A stretch of DNA of 64,000 nt from Gracilinanus agilis (Eukaryota), in NCBI RefSeq assembly GCF_016433145.1, contig NC_058130.1, positions 4,154,107 to 4,218,106 on the forward strand, given 5' to 3'. The notes under the pieces were generated by a model. The model saw nothing but the letters and a program-made list of their open reading frames with translations. It did not search any database and was not told where the DNA came from. Positions 59,991 through 64,000 of this stretch are shown piece after piece. The translations under genes were made by a program, and so were the position numbers. Positions within the stretch are counted from its first letter, which is position 1; each line of letters opens with the position of its first letter.

Positions 59991-62359
59991 CCTCTGGGAA
60001 GACAGAGCTCTGACCCTTGGCTGAGCAGAACTGTGGGCCGAGCAGCAGGTGCCAGGCTGAGAAGTGGGCCGTGTGCGCTCGTCTGCCATCTGAGCAGATG
60101 GGAGCCCAGAGTGGCGACCGAAGGGGCAGAGGGCTCTCCAGAAGGTCAGGTGCCACTCTCAGAATTGGGCACAAGATACTTGCCAGAGAGAGCGCCGGCT
60201 GAGCCCGAGTCTGTCCTGCTCTGGCCCACCGAGGCACGGCGAGAGACAGAAGGCTGAAGAACGGGAGGAAGCTCCAGGAGGATGTCTCCAGCAAACCCCC
60301 AAATGAAAAGATGTCACTATTCTGAGCTTGCAGGATCTGAACCCAGGGCCCAACCACTCTGCGCACTGCCAAGGAAGTCTGGAGCTGAGAGTGTCTCCAG
60401 AAGTAGCACGAGAATGAATGAGCCCCGGAGACCCCCAAAGCTCCACAAACAAAGGACACTTGGCCCATCTTTGTTTTGGAGCCGGGCTGGACTCTGGGGC
60501 GACCTGCTCTACGCTCTGGATTCTGGCCCCCGATACCCTCTGGCCAAGTCCCGCCCAGCCCAGCACACAGGGATGCCCGTGAGTTCTAGTCGGGCCTCCC
60601 ATCTCTTACTTATGAAAGGAGCTAAATGTCTGGCAGGGCACGACATGCAAACTCGGTCTACAGCCTGCCTGGCCACCGCCTGGCCTGAGGAGGGCCATCT
60701 CTGGGGTCACGGGAGAGTGCGGGCTCTGTGTCCGGCCCCCCCAGACCCTTTGGGAACCCATGGATGGTTCTGCCAGGAACACCCCCATCTCAACACCTCC
60801 TGGCTGTGGGTGGTGTTCCTGGGGACCCTTCCCAGGCCTGCAGGGTGGTCGGGGGCACCGTGCCATGGGAGGATTCGCACTGAAGTTGGTCATGACAAGG
60901 GAAGGGATCAGCCTACTCTGGGCATCCCTGGCTGCCAAGGCCAGAGAAGGAGCTATTTTGAGAGAGGCAGAACCTGGACAAGGACAAGAGTGAAGAGGGA
61001 GCTGCGTCTCATCAGGATGCGGTGGCTGGGAACGGAGAGGAGAAGGGGCACTTCACGGCGGGCATTTAGGAGCAGAGAGAAGGGGCACTTCATGGCGCCC
61101 TCCAGAGCCCACGGCCTGAGGAAGGAGGCCACTAATGGTGGGGACTCACGAGAGTCCTTGTGTCTCGAGTGACCCAGGCCTGGCGGGCCCTGCATGCAAA
61201 CGTGGCTGGGCCCAGAGGCCAGCCGAGGTGTTCTGCCTGACTCCCCCCAACCCCTTATCAGAGGGCTCCATGTTGGCCCAGGAAGAGGGAAGGGAAGTCG
61301 AGGCATTGTCACAGAGAGCAGTGGGGCTTCCTGGGCCTGGACTGAAGACCACTGTGCCCAGTGTAGACAGAAGGCCAGGAAGATGGAGGAAAGATAGGAA
61401 AAGCCACCCCAACGCTCAGGACGGGGCAGCCCGGATCAGCATCTGGCACAGGGTAGGCGACCGATTAGGCTTGTGGCCCGGCCAGAGGGAGCGGCACAGA
61501 TGGGTCATGGGACTACGCCGGGGCAGCCCTTCATTAGTGATTCATCTGCGGTGACCAACGTCCCTGGGAAGTGGCCTCCTGCCTGGCCCTCCAGCTTCTA
61601 GTCCCTCCCCCTCTCCTCTCCCTCCTCCTGGCCCCGGCCCCAGTGATGCTCCTCGAACCCAGAACTGACCACTTCCCTGCTCAACCATCTCCAGTGGCCC
61701 GTGAGGACTCTCAGAGAAAATTCTGGAGCCTGGGACTGGAACGGAAAGTCATCCCAGTGTGGAGGGGACTTTTCCTTTGGTTCTTATTCCCCAGGACTGC
61801 GCTTCACACAACCTCCACTCAGGCTTCGGATTCTAGAGTGACTCTAGATTCCACGGAAGGGCTTCAGGTAAGGAGCAAGACAGGCGGGAAGCAAGGTGGA
61901 TCCAAGGTGGCTAAGCGACATGGCGGGCTTTAGACAATCACGAGCCCCAACACCACCCATCCCCATTCATTCTCCCAAGAAAGGCATCCAAGAGCAGGCC
62001 TAGGAGAAAGAGCACCCCAGGGCCACCGAGGCAGAGAACGCTACCCTCCCAGAAGGCACTGCATTCGCCCCAACCCTTATCTGTGCCTGCCTGGTGAGCT
62101 CAGCACCCTCTTTTCCATCCAGGATTCGCATCCATCCCTCCAGCTCCCAGGAGGTGAGGCCACAGCAGCTGGCTACCGGTGGGCACGGAATACCTCCAAA
62201 GGCTTCTTCCATCTCCTAGGAGGGGCGCCCAGCCCCGAAGGCCGCCCCAAAGGCATCTGCACAGCCCTCGGCATCCCCCCGAGGACAATAATCCGACCAC
62301 GGGCACCCCCATACACAGAAGCTCAGGGCTGACTGGCAGGGCAGCCCCCTCGGACTTAC

Positions 62360-62468
62360 GTAACTCTCCCACTTTGAGGATCTCACAGAGCATCTTGGTC
62401 AGCTCGATGCTGCTGCGGCCGAAGGGGCACTCGTGCTTGTCTTCTCGGCTGCTGTTCTCTAGGACGAT
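62360..62468 (-). CDS. ELMO1: ELMO1 internal coding exon, 109 nt (equivalent to human exon 15)
   Basis: Translates [36 protein letters not shown]+C, embedded in track ORF 62100..62825. RSSIEL and LKVGEL match ELMO1 rather than ELMO2 (RSAIEL, LQVGEL as I recall). Acceptor ccctcccacag; donor TAC|GTAAGT. Confidence 0.96.
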
Positions 62469-63879
62469 CTGTGGGAGGGAAGGAGAGGGCTCAGCCGGGG
62501 GGCTCGAGGCCCAGCTGGGGTACGGGACCCCCCTCTGGAGGCTCCAGGGTCTGGCCGGCCTCAGCCTGGAGGGGGGAGGGGGGTGGCAGGCTTCCAAGGC
62601 AGAACCTGTTGACCGTTCTCTCGAGGTGGGACCAGGGTATCCTCCGCCCTCTCTCCAGGGGGAGGCACTTTGGGGTGAGCCCGGGCTCTGGTGGCCAAGG
62701 GAGGCCCCGGAGGAGGCCCAAACCTCACCCCCTAAAATGCCTGCAGCCTCCCTCGCCCTGGCGCCCCCCCAAGAGATCCGGCTCCTTTCACCGGGCCATG
62801 CTGGGCTCCGGAGAGGACAAACCAAGGAGCTGTGGATTTGGGGGTCCTCACTGTGTGCCCTCCAAGTTCACCCCAAACCCACAGGTTCTGGGGAGGGTTC
62901 AGAAAAGTGAATTTCAGCCCTTTCAAAGGGAAAACTTGACAACTAGAGCTTATGTGGAGAAATAATCATGGTAGAGCTAAGTAACGAGGCTACATCTATT
63001 GGGCGCTTTAAAGTTGGGCAGAGCATTTTGTCTTAGATTCCCCCACGGGATCCTCACGAGGGAGGCTGTTTTCTCGGGTGGCCGTGGGCTCCCAGGCGGT
63101 GGAGGTCTGCGCGTTCTCCGGGACCATCAGAAAACAGGCTGACAGCTGAAAAGGCCCTCCAAAGTGGGGCCCCATGCTAGCTGCGAGCCGTACGGGTCAC
63201 GGAAGTGGGAGTCCTTCCTCTCATTCTCTGTCCATAGGAATAATGGAGAGGCCGAAGAGCGGGCCAGGCTGGCTTCGGCTACGAGGCCCGGCAACTGGGG
63301 AGAGGTAGGAGGCTCTGCAGATACGGGCCGAGGCTGATCTGGAACGTTATCCTTTGGATCCCCTCAATGGCTTTGGGGGAATCCGTGACTTTGTGGGGCC
63401 GGCACCTCGCTTGGAAACGTCACCCCCTGAGGCCGTCCCTGCCCATCAGGGAGATGCCAGTGGCCAGCACTGGCTCAGTGACTTGCCCAGGGTCACAGAG
63501 GCAAGATGGCAGAAGGGAGCCTGGAATCTAGGGCTTCTGGGGGCTTTGGGCCCCTCTAAGGCCTCTCCAGAAAACTGCTGATTTGGGTTTTTGCCGTGAC
63601 TCGGCTTCCCAGAGGCCCCCCCCAGAGGGTCAGACTTAGCAGGTTTGAGGGGTTCGAGGAGGTGGAGCGGGAGAGAAGGGCCGAGACCTTGAGCTCTCCC
63701 TCCCCGGCTCCTCTGGGCTTTTGTGCTGAGAAGACTCCCATCAATTAATTCCAGGAGCACTGATGAAGTGTCTGCTCGGGGGAAGAGGCTGAGAATACAA
63801 AGACAGAAAATGTCCCGGCGCTGGGAGAGGAGCCGGAAGCTAAGGAAAGGCTGGGCTGGGCTCGCCGGATGGAAAGCTG

Positions 63880-64000
63880 CCATGTGCCCGCCGCTATGGA
63901 GAACCAGGGAGGCACTGACTCATGGAGGGCACCGAGGAAAGCGGGAAGACCTGGGTTCAAGTCCTGCCTCTAATGTGAACGAGCTGAGAGATCTGAACGA
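63880..64000 (+). mobile_element. MIR-type SINE head; further short MIR/L2 fragments are scattered through 35-64 kb
   Basis: ggaagacctgggttcaagtcctgcctct (B-box region). Confidence 0.6.

Larger units (their letters stand above)
630..62359 (-). other. ELMO1: ELMO1 intron, 61,730 bp, GT-AG, phase 1
   Basis: Bounded by the GTAAGT donor at 62359 and the CAG acceptor at 630. The two exons join to give contiguous ELMO1 peptide ...KVGELPSETCNDF... Confidence 0.93.

Overview
Eukaryotic DNA, most likely a didelphid marsupial (Monodelphis-like), inferred from young SINE1_Mdo-type SINEs, MAR1 SINEs, marsupial L1 and RTE remnants. The window is almost exactly one 61.7-kb intron (630-62359) of ELMO1 on the minus strand. 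It is bounded by two coding exons that splice in frame: 62468-62360 ([36 protein letters not shown]) and 629-493 ([46 protein letters not shown]). The downstream exon ends in a non-canonical GC donor. I found no other protein-coding gene, RNA gene or CRISPR array; the many ORFs in the track are GC-content or repeat artefacts. The intron holds many transposable elements (L1, L2, L3/CR1, RTE, MIR/MAR1/SINE1, two LTR-like elements, two hAT MITEs), simple repeats and two assembly gaps. Best leads: (1) an unclassified 146-bp MITE with TGT..ACA ends, 35-bp TIRs and a 4-bp TSD, a Ginger-like signature; (2) two copies of one hAT MITE that each carry a consensus CTCF core, in convergent orientation 44 kb apart; (3) a near-identical inverted SINE pair 0.8 kb apart; (4) a three-level TE nest with intact TSDs; (5) strong AT-to-GC/CpG skew in one L1 copy; (6) several motif-dense candidate enhancers. 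All repeat family names and motif calls are by eye and from memory and need RepeatMasker/Dfam and functional confirmation. No new biological system is demonstrated by the sequence alone.
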